A DNA stretch of 64,000 bases from the human T2T-CHM13v2.0 reference genome, Homo sapiens. Below, one piece after another: positions 41,731-55,264 of this stretch. Numbering within the stretch: the first letter of the stretch is position 1; each line of letters opens with the position of its first letter. Both the position numbers and the translations under genes were made by a program. The DNA lies in assembly GCF_009914755.1 (NCBI RefSeq), contig NC_060929.1. One strand, 5' to 3'. A model generated the notes under the pieces. It had not been told where the DNA came from, did not search any database, and was given only the letters and a program-made list of their open reading frames with translations.

Positions 41731-42371
41731 ATAAAAAAAGTTAATTGAAAGTCTGATGATAAAATTTGGAGAAGAAAGAGTCATGGATGAATTCAAATTC
41801 AGCTGTTCCTCAATCCAAAACCAATTTCTGAAAAAAATTACTGAGAATTATGTCACATCTAAGAATTCTTTGGATACTCACCTAAGCTATGTGATCCTGT
41901 TTCATATCTGCCCCCAGAAACCTCTTCTAAGGCCTCTGCAAGCCTCCAGTGCTGCCAACAGAGGTGCAAGGTCATTAACAAATAAATGAAAAGAGCCTTC
42001 AAACTTGAGCTAATATCCGAGTTTACTTTATTCATAGTGACTCTTCATAGTGGGAAAATAACCAAGTTATATTTGATTTTGTAGCTCTCCACCACAGACT
42101 TACATCCTCAAGCTTTCCTGCTGTTAGATGAAAGATATCTAAAATTTCCAAAATACGATCGAAGCAGGCCACTCACCTGGAAATGAGTCTATTAGCTTTC
42201 TTTTTATATCTTATCAGCAGAGGAGTAGGAAAAGGGAGAATAAGATTAGAAAGCAAGAGGAACTTTATGAAGCTAAGTACATCAGCTTTCAAGGATCTCA
42301 CTTCTAAATTTAAGTGCTTGCTCTCATGCCTGCCCTACAATGCCTAGAAAAAAGTTCTGTATTTCAAATGA

Positions 42372-42737
<366 letters not shown>

Positions 42738-43767
42738 TAAGATCATGGAATGGTAGGGTTGGGACTAGGGATTCTCATATTCTTGAATCTCTACTAGTGA
42801 TATTTAATTCAATGCCTCTCCTTCCCATTCTCAGGGTCCCATGACTTGTATTGGTCACTCTCCCTTAGTCTAAATCTGGAGCCCAGAAAAAAAAAATTTT
42901 CTACAGTCTCCAGAATTTCTTATTTTGGCCACTTAAAATCATAATTAGGGGTATGTGTAATAAACCAGGACTAATATGGGTTGCAAATAAAGTGCTTTTA
43001 TTAATATTATCAGAGGCTTACACATCTTGAGAAATGGCCAAAGACAACCAACCACAGAAGCAAAAGAAATAAGCTAAAGTCCTGGCACTGTCCTCTGGGA
43101 CAGAATATTTTCCCTTCTGTGATGCTGTGTTACTTATTTTTCACTGGGAAGTTGAAAAATGAAACTTCTTCCCCTATGTAACTTCACCAAGCTTCTTTGT
43201 AATTATCCATAATTCAGAATCTGAGTAAACTTTAAAAGGAGGAAGAGTAATAGTTGTCATAACAGGAGTGGTTCTTGTTTAAGACTATATCATGCTTGTA
43301 TTACAGATTTGAGAGGTATTCCATTTTGCGGACACCAAAACTTGTATCCTGGGGGAAAAAATAATGAGTGACATATATTATTGATATCAGCTAATTATAT
43401 CTTGTGCTAAACTATAACCTAAAGTTTAGAAAAAGGATTAAATAAACAGATTGATCACATATTAAATTTGTTAATACAGATGAATATATTTGTTAATATA
43501 TATGAATTAACATTGAATATATTTGCTAATATATATATAAATATATGAATGTTGCATAGAAAAATATGTTAGAATATTGTAATTTTATCTTTTGGTGACA
43601 AATATTCCATATTTATTAAATCAGTGCTATTTCCTCAGTTCCATTAGGCCAGAAACTATGTGTTTGCATATTAGTGGTGAGTGGCTAGCTTCCCAGTCAT
43701 GTTTAGCTGAAGCTCTTTTAAGACTCTCTACCTAAAGACCCAGAATCATGTAGTTCCTGAGACAAAC

Positions 43768-44737
43768 TGATAGCAGCAGAAGACAGACAAATTCCTAGAC
43801 AGACAAGTATGGGTCCCTTGTGAAACCTGGCCTTTAAGCCAAAGACAGCCCGAAGACTGAAAACCGAACTGCTGGTTCTGGATAGAGTCCAGTGTGACAA
43901 CTTCTATTCTTGTTTGCCCACTGTTTCCTGATTGGTTCTTTCTGAATAATGCTCTTTAACCAATGGAATGTTGCCTTTTCCAAAGGCTACCTATAGCCTG
44001 CATCTCCTCATTCCTGGACTCAGCTACATAGATGGCTACCTGCTTTCAGGCCCCCTCTCACACAGAGGGCTACCCACTTCAGGTCCCCTGTCATTGTCAG
44101 GAGCTTCTCTGTCACTCAATAAAATTCTTCCCTGCCTCGCTCACTCTCTGGTGTCCATGCAACCTCATTCTTCTTGGTCATGGGACAAGAACCCAGAACC
44201 CACCAAATGGGAGGTGCAAAAAGAGCTATAACACTGTAACCCTCCCTCTCACTCACCAAGCGACAGGGGAGAAAAAGCTGCTGGGTGCCCCATGCCCCCA
44301 TTTGCTGAGCTGCAGGCAGCAGGACAGAAAGAGCTGTGACACACCCCTGTTCGCTGAAGCTGTAGGCAGTGGGAATGAACGAGAGCTGTAATACTTCCTG
44401 GGTTCTCAGATCTTGGGACTCCCCAAGCAGAAGCTGTAACACCTCTTGGGGTCTGCGGTTGCTGGCGTCTCCAAGTTTTCAGGCGCCACCACATCCCCCT
44501 TTGTCTGAATGCCAGCACTCAGCTACAGAAGCCACTTACAGCATGCCTGGTCCCGCTGTAAGCTGAGCATGGGTCCCATGGTGATCGTGGGATTTGGGCT
44601 GGGGAGTGAACAGAGCTCAGCCTGCTGGGCCAAGTGGGCAGAGCAAGCCCAGCAGACAAAAGTGAAGCCGAGGCAGAGGTGCCACCAGCCACAGAGGTTT
44701 CCAACTGGTGAAATGGCATTGAAAGAATTCTGTGTCA
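43768..44737 (+). mobile_element. LTR28-like (LTR1/LTR27/MER52 group) solo LTR
   Basis: TGATAGCAGCAGAAGACAGACAAATTCCTAG...TGTGTCA; AATAAA ~44118; repeated GAGCTGTAACAC-like motifs; perfect TSD AAAC/AAAC. Confidence 0.88.
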
Positions 44738-44759
44738 AAACCTAACCTGAGAAGAGAGG

Positions 44760-44965
44760 AGCAATAATAAAATAATAATAACATATTTTTAGTGGATGTT
44801 TACAGCAATGCTGAGTGTTTTCATTTCATTCAGTCATATCCTTGTTGTCCATTTCACAAGAAACTGGGTTGCAGACAACTGATCTAACTTGTCCAATATC
44901 ACATAGCTAGCAATTGGTGAGGCAGGAAGCTTGCAAAATCATACTCCTCACCATTATGCCATCTT
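44760..44965 (-). mobile_element. MIR
   Basis: TAACTTGTCCAATATCACATAGCTAGCAA antisense core. Confidence 0.6.
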
Positions 44966-45360
44966 GCCTCCTAACAGGTGAGTTGAAGAGTACTTTTGCT
45001 AAAGCCTGGTATGTTTGGGATATTATATGTCACTTGTCTTTAGACATACTGATGCCTAGTGCACATTGCTGGATTCACCCTTTTGCTTTATGAAAGGTAT
45101 TGCAGTTCCATTCTAGTTCTAAACCTAACCTAATTGAAATCTTGAAAATCTTCCTATTTCTGCCAAGGTTATTTGCCTTGGGAGTCCCACTCACTAGACA
45201 TTGCACACCTGGGCACTGGTTTGAAAGAAGCTCAAGTTAGCCTTTCTGTTGGCATATTTTAATTTGAGTGGCTGACTACTCCCAGAGGAGTGTGTCCCAG
45301 AGTGCGACCTGTCTTCAATGGTTTTCTCCCTTTTCTAAGATAACCACTTAAGTTTTATTA

Positions 45361-46406
45361 CAGTAAGTCCTCACAATGTCATCAGTAGGTTTTTGGGGAC
45401 ATCAACTTTAAGCAAGTTGTTGGAAATCAAGGGTGTCCAATCTTCTGTCTTCCCTGAGTCACACTGGAAGAATAATCGTCTTGGGCCAAACATAAAAACT
45501 AACACTAATGATAGCTGATGAGCTAAAAAATAAAATCACACAAAAATTTCATAATGTTTCAAGAAAGTTAGCAAATTTGTGTTGGGCTGCATTCAAAGGA
45601 GTCCTGGGCCACATGTGACCCATGAGCTGTGGGTTGGACAACTTGAATGAAACCCGCTTTACCACAGGCTAATTGATATAAACAAGAGTGAAGTTCCAAT
45701 GTTATATTTCTGGTCACAAAAACATATTAAACTTCTAAATAAAGACCCAAAACACTTTTAATATTAAACATTGAAATAATTGTGATACATCCATACATTT
45801 AAGAAATGTTAATGAAAACGATAAATATTTACCCAATTTTTGGTGAATCAGTGAGCGATGGTAGTTGTAGTGATGGTGTGTTAAATCAAGGAAGAAATGT
45901 TAGCAAAGCAAAAACTGTCAGGAGCATCTCCTTCAGAAACAACAAATACAGTGGGCTTCCTGAGCACTTTCTTACTGCATTTTTTGTCATGCATTTATAT
46001 GATTACCATAGATTTTATGAAATTTTATTTTATAATAATTTGTATTCATTCATTTTCCAGCCTGCTTATTCCAGTTTAGGGTCACCAGTGTCAGATCCTC
46101 TCCCAGCAGCTCAGGGTGCAAGGTGGGAACTGCCCTGGACAGGAAGCTGTCTCACTGCAGGGGGCACCCACACACACCCCAACACTCACTCACATTGGAA
46201 CCATTTAGACACACCAGTGAACCTCATGTGAACTTCCTTGGGATGTGGAAGGAAACCAAACTACCCAGAGAAAACCCATGTACACATGCAGAGAACATGT
46301 AGACTCCACACAGACAGTGGCCATGACCAAGAATTAGTGATTTTCTTCTCATCAAAGTGATCATAAAATGACTTTGAATGAAATGGTGTTATTTGAGGAC
46401 TTGCCC
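45361..46406 (-). mobile_element. MER6 (TcMar-Tigger) DNA transposon, near complete, carrying a V-SINE-derived segment
   Basis: TA-flanked termini CAGTAAGTCCTCAC... and ...TTATTTGAGGACTTGCCC; V-SINE-like core TTGGGATGTGGAAGGAAACC...AGAAAACCCATG...ACTCCACACAGACAGTGGCC at ~46230-46322. Confidence 0.88.
45428..45645 (+). mobile_element. MER30 (hAT-Charlie) nested in MER6
   Basis: CAAGGGTGTCCAATCTT...TGATAGCTGATGAGCTAAAAAA...GGGTTGGACAACTTG. Confidence 0.9.
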
Positions 46407-49400
46407 TATCTCACAGCTAAGTCTATTTGAATTGTGAGAGAAATAGGTCTGGTATGAGCCATCTACTCTCTTATTATTCACTTATCGCCAATAAGAAGCA
46501 TCTTAACTGAGATGGTTGGAATAGCTGTCCTCAGTTCCATCCAGGATTGAGCCTGTGATATCTTTGTTAGCATTATATTATATTCCAAAGTTTCTAAATT
46601 CATTACTCAAAACACTAACAAATCTCAATCAGTTGTTGGTTGCCACATTATTCAAAATACTGATAGTTGTGAATGACTTACTTTTTATTCTATAAATTAG
46701 GTCATAGCCAATATTTCAGTACACAAACATTATTTTTATTCATTTGAATCCCAATATGTTTTCTTAAATTGTAGGAAAAACCGGTAGCATATCAGTCAGC
46801 AAACCAGAAATTATATCTTACTGCTACATCTCATAACTACATCTTACTAAAACACAAACATTCATAATATGTAGTATACTATCTCTAAAATTACATAGGT
46901 TTTGTGTACATTTCTTCTAATTGATCATGTCTGCTTATTTTCCTCTGGATTAAGGATCAAGGAGATAGTATATTAGATGATTTGATAAATTTCCAATGCT
47001 TTGCAAAGTAGTTGAACAACTTTTTCTTTGTGATGCTAGGTGGCACTACTAGTCAAGACTTGGTATTTCATAGCTGGCTTTCTTATTCTGAAGGTTGTAA
47101 AAAGACATATGAAGTAATATTTAACATTGAAAACATGATAATCAATTTGATTATCTATGAATTGTCCTAAACGTTCAGAGTAAAGTTTCCTTTAAAGTTA
47201 AAATCTTTCAAGTGAAGGAAATTATAAAGTCACATGTAAACACCAAAATAAGAGGAATAGAGCAATAGGATATTTTTGGCTTTATAATTCAATTTAAAAA
47301 TTAAGGTGCATTTATTTTTTTGGCAGCTGGCCATAAAGCTTCAATGTCCAGTAAGCAGTTGCTCTGAAAAAGAAAACAAAAAGGAAATATCAGTCTGTAG
47401 ATTTCAATGCTCCCAGATACAAGTGTTTTTACACCACCTAAAATACTTCTTCAGAGTATTGTCACATACCCGTTCTCTTAAATCCTATAATCATTATTAA
47501 AAAAAAAGCTGTAACTTTCTCTTATTTTATCAAGATTTCACTGCATGAAAGCATTATCCCATTTTCAGGCAATTTATATTGTTACATGTCTATGGAAATG
47601 AGTATTTTTTTTGGTAAATGGCAATAGGTAGTAGTTTACACTCAAGGAGAATTAAAAATCTGTGATACAGAAATGTAGGATCCTGAACTTCTTTCAATGC
47701 CACATAAAGATTTGCATCTTGAATATATTCGTCCAGTGTTATTGTCTGTTCCTTCTCCATGTTTGGTTAGTATCAAATATGTCTTTTGTTTATTGTATAG
47801 TAAGCTTACAAAGAAAAGGCAAATTATCAGCCATTTATGCAGACATCGAAGTCCCATGTTTTAACGTTTGGATCATCCAAACGGAACCTACAGCATTCTG
47901 ACCATTAGCTGGGTCACTAGCTAGGCACTGAGGGCCTCACCTGGGTAACTCGAGAATCTCCTCAATCTGGCTCTTTGATTTGGCTTTCACAGGCCAGTAC
48001 TTTTTATTTCTTCTCATCTGTCTGCTATCATGTTAACAAGCTAAGGCATCTCTCAGCAGCTCATTGACTACATATAAAACGAGATTAGAATTTCACCAGC
48101 TAAAGAATGGCTTACTTTCGGGGCTTTAGGCTTGAGACGAATATTTGTGTGTGCCTTGGTGATCAAATAAGGAAAAAAAAAGACCCAAATACAAATCAAA
48201 CACACAAGTAAAACCCATAATTGTTGCCACAAGAACTACTTGCTCAAGTTGGCTAAGCCTAATTGAAAACCCAGATAAATTCCAAACCAAAAAACCTAGC
48301 ATTTTTCATGTTACTGACATATTATGGCTAGACTCATCTAAGTGTTGTTGCAGCACTAATAACCGTTATCTAATTTATATTTTGTTAATATGAACCTTGG
48401 TTCAAGAAAAGTCAATTAATGATGTTTGTAGCTGCTGGAAGACTGCCTTTAAAAAAATTAAAAAGAGAATTTATAACAAATAGGTGAAATACGTGATCAC
48501 TGAGTTACTGAGGTGGATATTGTATTAAATATGGCATGGTTCCTGGAGATTTGGGGAAGTTCTGGAGGCTTTTTTTTCCAATATAAATAAAACTTTCAAA
48601 AAAACTGAAAGACAATGTTGTTTATTGTGCAAGAACAGTCAAGACTACTTAAATGGGATATTGTGACGAAGTGCTGCCAATTAATGCTGTATCTAATCTC
48701 AAATACATGCAAGACTTTTATCCTTCTTAGTAGGCTGACCAAAAAGACTAAAAGAAGTTGTCTTAATTATGTTTATATTTTCAAGCCACATTTTCCATAT
48801 ACAATTAAGCTATTTAAAATTCTGCAATTGAAGTACTTGTCTTTAATGATAAGGTCTGGGTTTATTTGATTAAAATGTGATTTGGCATAGTTGCATGACT
48901 GACATTTTAATTAAGAAAATTACATTTGTTTTTTTTATATTTGTCTGTATTCTAACTAGTTGTTTTATCAGTTACGCATGACACATAAACACATTCTGAA
49001 AATTAGTTCACTGGATATTTCTTATCCTGCAAAATTTAAATAGCAGAAAGACATAGACTATGTGTAAATAATATATGTGTGTATTGGCTTGCATGTGATA
49101 GGAAGTTAGATAAATAAAGCGACTTTAATGTACTCTATTTATTATTAATTAGTGCAACACAAGAACTTAAATAGCCCAGGCCATTTTAGGAGGAATAAAG
49201 ATGTTTTTAAAAGACTAGCAGACCTGTAACAAATCCTATTTCTCCGTTATACTAACTGCTTTTATTGCATTTAAATCCTTGCTAGTGCTGAAAGGTAAAA
49301 GCAAGCTAGGAAGCTGCATGACTGAGAAAGCCAAACAACTCTTAATTTTTTTTTTTCATTTTCCAGTCCTATGCCTTGAGAATTTGCCATCTGGATTGCA

Positions 49401-52400
49401 TACTGTAGTCAGTGTTTTAGTTCTTGATGTTTTAAAACAATAGCACTGTAGCATTTTAACATGTAGTTTCATGATAAAATAAATGTGTCATGCATTAAAT
49501 TATGCAGGCATATATTTACAACTCCTCATGTGCCCAAAGAACATAGTGAGGACAGGAGGACAGTCACTTGCTGGTTTGGTATGATACACCACAGTGTAGG
49601 GTTGATAATGTATAATGCATATATTATCAACCCGGCATATATTAGTATTTAGGGGAAAATATTTCAGAAAAAATACACCATATTTTGCTTTGATTTGGGC
49701 TTTCTCAAGGTTAATTATCATCCAGGGGACTAAGATGCTTTATTTCTCTTCAATACGTTAATCTCAGGGGTACTTGCCTGAGGTTGAACTGTTTTTGATT
49801 AACTCTATGTGATAATGAGAACCATGAAAATAGCCTTGTATAGGGAGTTCCTTCTTTCTGATGTTACATATAAAACTGCGGAAGTCTTACAATATTTAAC
49901 ACTGAACTTTTTACTTTTTTCCCTTTCTGCACCCAGACCTCAAACTAATCATGAAAGTGTGAGGAATGATTTTATCTAAAATCATTGCTCTTTTGTAAGG
50001 TGTGCCTAATTGAAGAGTTCAACTAGTTTTACTGGGATTAAAAAAAAAAACACATTCTAATGAGAGTTCAAGGAGATTTTTTTGTGCTCTCCAAGGACAG
50101 ACATGGAGTCAGGTCAGCAATTGTGGACCTACACTTCCTTTCTTATCATAATCTGCATGTTTTTAGCTAATCGCTAATGACTACTGGTGTTTCCTCCAAG
50201 TTCTATATTTATAATAGAGAGACAACTGACTGGATAAAATTGTCAAAGTTGTTTGAGGATGGCTCTAAAAATATACATTTTTTCCTTCACAAACTACATA
50301 ATAAGATTGTAGATAAAGGGAATTCTTATCTTCTATTTGATTTTACTTCTGTTTTGATGAGCTCATCTTGATGCTGACTTTTATCAAATGAAATGGTTAA
50401 TGAGCTCATTGTCCACATTAATCTGTGAACATAATCACAAAGAGGCCTGAACATATCTAGAGCCGCCTACAACCTTTCCACCTCTTAATTTATTCTTTGC
50501 AAATTTATATCTGAATCCAAATGGGAAAGATAATTTATAAACAAATTTGTAAGATTATTGCACTTTCAAGAAGCTAGCACTTTATATTACATATTCTCTT
50601 CAATTCAGTTTTCTTCACCATTGATTGGAGCAATTTTATTAATAAAAAATGTTTATATCCAATGGACTTGGACATAATAACCTATGTGTTGTTTGATGTT
50701 TTTCAGGTTGTAAGAATAAATTCACTTTCCACAAATGGTTTGTTGGAAAGGTAGCAAGAGAAGACAAGGAAAATATCTCAAATGTCTTAATGAGGCATCA
50801 CAGATACCTGTAACATCTTTCATTGCCATTTAGTTAAAAAAAATTAGGATTTATAGTTCAAGAGCACGTCTGTTGACTCAACAGCAATTCTATTAGCTAT
50901 TGCAAAAGCATTGAGCCACTTCTCTACCTTTATTCAACCAGTTTACTCAATTGCCAGCTAACTCTATCTTTTTTTCTCTTTCTCTCTCTTAAGTGGGGAA
51001 AAAGAGATTCTAACTGGTTTGGCTGGTCACCCAGAGTAGACAGACACATTGGTCCGAGTCTCCCTCATACTCTCCCTGCCATATGGTTGCTTTGACTTAT
51101 TTCCCATGTCTATTCCAATTAGCTGTAGTCTGGGCAGACCACACATGGTAAATTTAAGAAAAAAAAAAAAGCAATTCAGGCATAACAAACACATCAGACA
51201 GGCTATGAGCATGCAAAAATGCCCATGAGTCTGAGATTTCTCACAAGACTGCTATATAACTGGCAGATGATTTGTGTGGCCTGACCATGCATTTGGATCC
51301 AGAGAAATAAATGTTTGTTTCATGTTATTATAAATTTTACTATTTTGGTTGCCCAAAGTATAAGAAATAACTATTTGAAAAAATAATATTCAGTTAATGA
51401 GAATACATATTATAAGAAATGCAAAACTCATTTCAGATTTAAAGGTACTTGAAATGCATAATCACTTCCCCTCATCAGTTGAGTGCCATAAAGTACTAGT
51501 ATTCATAAAATTCAATTGCTGAGACCTTCTAATGAAAATTGACATAAGCCTGCATAATTGGATCCTTTAATTTCCTTGAAGAAATACATTTAAAAGAAAT
51601 TGAATCATAATTGAATAAGCTAATTCTAGCAATTAAGTGGTTATTTAATGGGCTATTTCCTATATAACACAACAAATGAAACATTTTTCAAAAGGAAGGA
51701 AAGTCATGAAAATGCTTGCAGACACAAAAGAATAATAAAGTTTTTAACTACAAAGCTAATAAGCTAGATAAACTGATGTCATGCTAAGGAAACCCATCCT
51801 AGTTCACTAAAGTCTAACATCTGAAACCATTAAGTGATCCATCCCTTTCCACTACCACAGTACAAAAGTGCTAAGTTATAGGCATCAGATGAACTCCTCA
51901 CACATTTAGGCTAAACTTTGCTTGAAATGTCACCACACATGTCTAAAGACAGAATATTTTCTTTCAAGAGTGTTTGTGAAAACTCTGATTATATTTATAT
52001 GCACATACCATAAATGTATACATAATTTTATTTACTTTTTTAAATAAGTGAGTATCTTAAAAGGAAAATCAGATCCAATAGCTTTTTGACAAATAAAAGT
52101 TGTACTTACATCTATGATTCATGAGATCATGGGGTTCCAACACCACTGCTGATATTACTGTCAGTAATATTAAAACCGCTTAACTCTTGGAGATCAAATT
52201 AACTAGTTTATATTTTGCTTCTGTGTAAAAAAAATTGTAAGAATTAATATTTTGAAATATTTAATACCAATTTAGCACTGATTTCTTTTTTAAAAAACCA
52301 TTGAAATACACAAACTGATGATTTAGTGAATATTTAATGTTTCCATAATATCAATCCTGGACTAATAAACAGCTGCTTCTATTTTTATGTACACGACATA

Positions 52401-52759
52401 TTTAGGTCTAGTCTCTGATTATTGTGAAAACATTGTGATTTAGAATAACCTGGCTACAAAGTCTTAATTTTTGTTGCATCTTTGAAATTAAATGTTATTT
52501 TAAAGCTTTATTGGATTTGTTATTTTAATGAATTAATTACTTTAAATTTTACTTTTTGGGCAATAAGCACATAAAATGGAGAAGCTGCAGAGATAAGACA
52601 TGGTATACAATTTTAGTACCGAAAATATACTCTTTTAGAAATATTTACCATTTAGAAAAATTTTTGAAAATAATGACAAGAACAAGAAATGTGTTTTTGT
52701 AGTTATTGAAATTGTATCATTTCTACAAATATAATCGTCTGAACAGTTTTGACTTACTA

Positions 52760-52955
52760 TACAGTACTGTCCTATATAACTTTTTGCAATGATAAAAATG
52801 CTGTATGTCTGCATGTCCCAAAACACTAGCCACTAGTCAAATTTGACTTAAAATATGGCTAGTTCAACTGAGGAACTGAGATTTTAATTTTATTTTAAAA
52901 ATTAACTTAAATTTGAATAGCATATGGCTAGTGACTACTCTATTGGACAACATAA
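52760..52955 (+). mobile_element. MER3 (hAT-Charlie)
   Basis: CTGTCCTATATAACTTTTTGCAATGAT...TAGCCACTAG...ATGGCTAGTGACTACTCTATTGGACA. Confidence 0.82.
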
Positions 52956-54676
52956 TATAGAATATTGGCTCAATAAAACTGATATTTCCTTAGCATTGAC
53001 CTTGATTATTACTAGGAAGAGTGAGATGCTACTGTATTTTCTAAATATATTTTTGGAAACCAAAAAATTAAATATGAGGAAACACTTGTGCTTAGGTAAT
53101 GTAAGAGACACTTCAACCACACTATTGTGGACATTTTTTGTCAGTAGACAAAATTTGTAACTACTGATGTACAAAATGATGTCTGTAATTCTTGTGGAGT
53201 TTCCTCTAAGGCTATTACCAGGTGCACTCTAATTTGCTCTTTAAACGCCCAGTCAAGCCTTTAGAAACAGTAAATATGCAAAATATGTTACTGTGAACTG
53301 ACTATGCAACATGAAATCCAATACCCTGAAAAGATTTTTCAGTAACTCATGCAGTTCTAAACAACAAACTACATTTTAAAGCAAAACCCAGAAATCAACC
53401 TGTATCTGTATACAGTCCTGCAAAATTAATGTAGGCAAGTGTTTCTAAATACCACAGTTCTTCATTCCAGTGTGTTAATTCATTAACTTCAGAATAATAA
53501 TTCAGTGTCAATACTTCACAGCCAAATTCAAATTGCTGTATTAATTCTAACTCCTTCTATACCTGATTACCTCCCTTTTTCCTCTCTTTTCTTTCCAGAA
53601 CGCTGGTTTTCTGTGCAGGCCCCATTAGCCTTTCTCTTTGAATACATTATTGCTCCCTGGTTTCCAGTAAAGGCTCCTGGTTTCTGTGTTTCTAATCAAG
53701 GTCTCCATTAAACAGTCACAGAGGTTATTGTTTGGTTATGTTTGTAGTTAGTAGCTCTTAGCTTTATCTACTTAGTGGTGGTTTACAAATTCCTGCTAAT
53801 GCTAAATTAGAACAGTAATTTCTGGTGGCTTCTACTCTTATTTTCCCTTTCCCCTTCCCCTATTGCAGATCAGAGATAGGGGCGGAGGGAAGGAAAACCA
53901 CTGAGAGGAGATGAAAACCTTTAACAAACTCATCCTGTGGGACAGTGGATAAGGAAGATCACAGTTGTTTGGCCTGGGGATCTGGATCTTATTAATGTCA
54001 CCAGTCTTCCCCGATTCTCAGTGGCAGAAATCTGAATTCTTTCTGCTGTCAATAGGCCTTAACATTAACTGAAGTTCACTAAACTTTCTGTAACTAAATG
54101 AATTGAAGGTTGCTGAAATTGTCCTCTTTCTTTTAAAAGTACAGTGAATGGAGTAGTGTTAGTATCACCACCATGTTGCTGTTGATGTCCAAAAACTGAC
54201 AGATGCCAAAGCATGTCATTTGGGTACCCCTTCTATCAGTCATAACCTGCTTTTCTAAATTTGAGGTTTAAACATGTAGTTTTGTAAAGCAATAGAAGAG
54301 ATGTGCTATAATATATTTTCTGCATTGTTGTTTGCTCTTGCAGTCTGACTTAGAGCAAACTTCTGCTTTTGCGATTTAGTTGATTCCACAGATATTTCAA
54401 AAATAAATAATGAATCAGAGTGAAAGGTAAAGGGTGTTAAATATTATATATGAGGAATGAGCTTTTAATTATTCTCTCATAAAACATTTAGTGTATTAAT
54501 AAAAATAAATTTTCTTTTTTTCCTTTTTTTCTGGGATATTTTCCTTTTTCAAAAATTATAGCAATGGACAGAGAATAATATATGAATACAAATGAAATAA
54601 TTCAATTTAATTATTTTCATGTATAAAGGCAAACCTCAAACTTAGTCAAATGCAACTGGTTAATGGGGTATCAATA

Positions 54677-54925
54677 TAGCAGCTAATACTTACAAAGTAC
54701 TGACTTCATGCCCCCACTTTACATATATTAGCTTATTTAATACTCTTTCCAACTTCATGAGGTAGGTACTAGTATTAGTTCCATTTTTTAAATAAATAAA
54801 TCAAAATGTCAAGATGCTAAGTAATTTGTTCATGATCACACAGCTGGTAAAAGCTGCAAGCTGATTTAACCCAGGCAATCTAGCTCCAGTATCTGTTGTA
54901 GTATTTTTAATTATGACACAACATT
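54677..54925 (-). mobile_element. MIR
   Basis: ATGAGGTAGGTACT...CCATTTT...TAATTTGTTCATGATCACACAGCTGGTAA...AACCCAGGCAATCTAGCTCCAG. Confidence 0.8.
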
Positions 54926-55264
54926 CTGTCTCTTTCAATTAAAAAAAGATTTATCTCTTGTTACTTTCAACTCTGCTCTATTACATCCCAATCCCCTTTA
55001 CTATATATTGATATGTTGAATAATTTTATAACTCTCTGGTGACTTTTGGTTGTTAAAATTAGACTACACCTTCCCAAGTACGACAGAGGTTATGACTAAG
55101 AGGGCTCAGAAGAGAGGAGCTATGGCCTGGCTCAGAGATATTTTTTCTCTTTCTTTTTTTTTAAGGCTTGTATTCTCTATTGAGGGAGGTGAAGATGAGG
55201 AAGAGGGAGATAGAAATCTCTACTTTAATTTGGTATGCACTTGTGGTGTCCCTATAGGTGGTGT

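Noticed and set aside
43465-43580. AT-rich repeated TGAATATATTTG(T/C)TAATATATAT
   Set aside because: Low-complexity slippage repeat with no further structure.
44220-44445. Spaced GAGCTGTAACAC-like repeats resembling a CRISPR array
   Set aside because: Short, degenerate, irregularly spaced and an intrinsic feature of this LTR family; eukaryotic context with no cas genes.
45806-46231. 141-aa ORF
   Set aside because: Lies inside non-autonomous MER6; no transposase motif.
50355-50450. Second C/D-like pattern (TGATGA ... CTGA)
   Set aside because: C box lacks the leading purine, the terminal stem is minimal and the motifs are too short to exceed chance.
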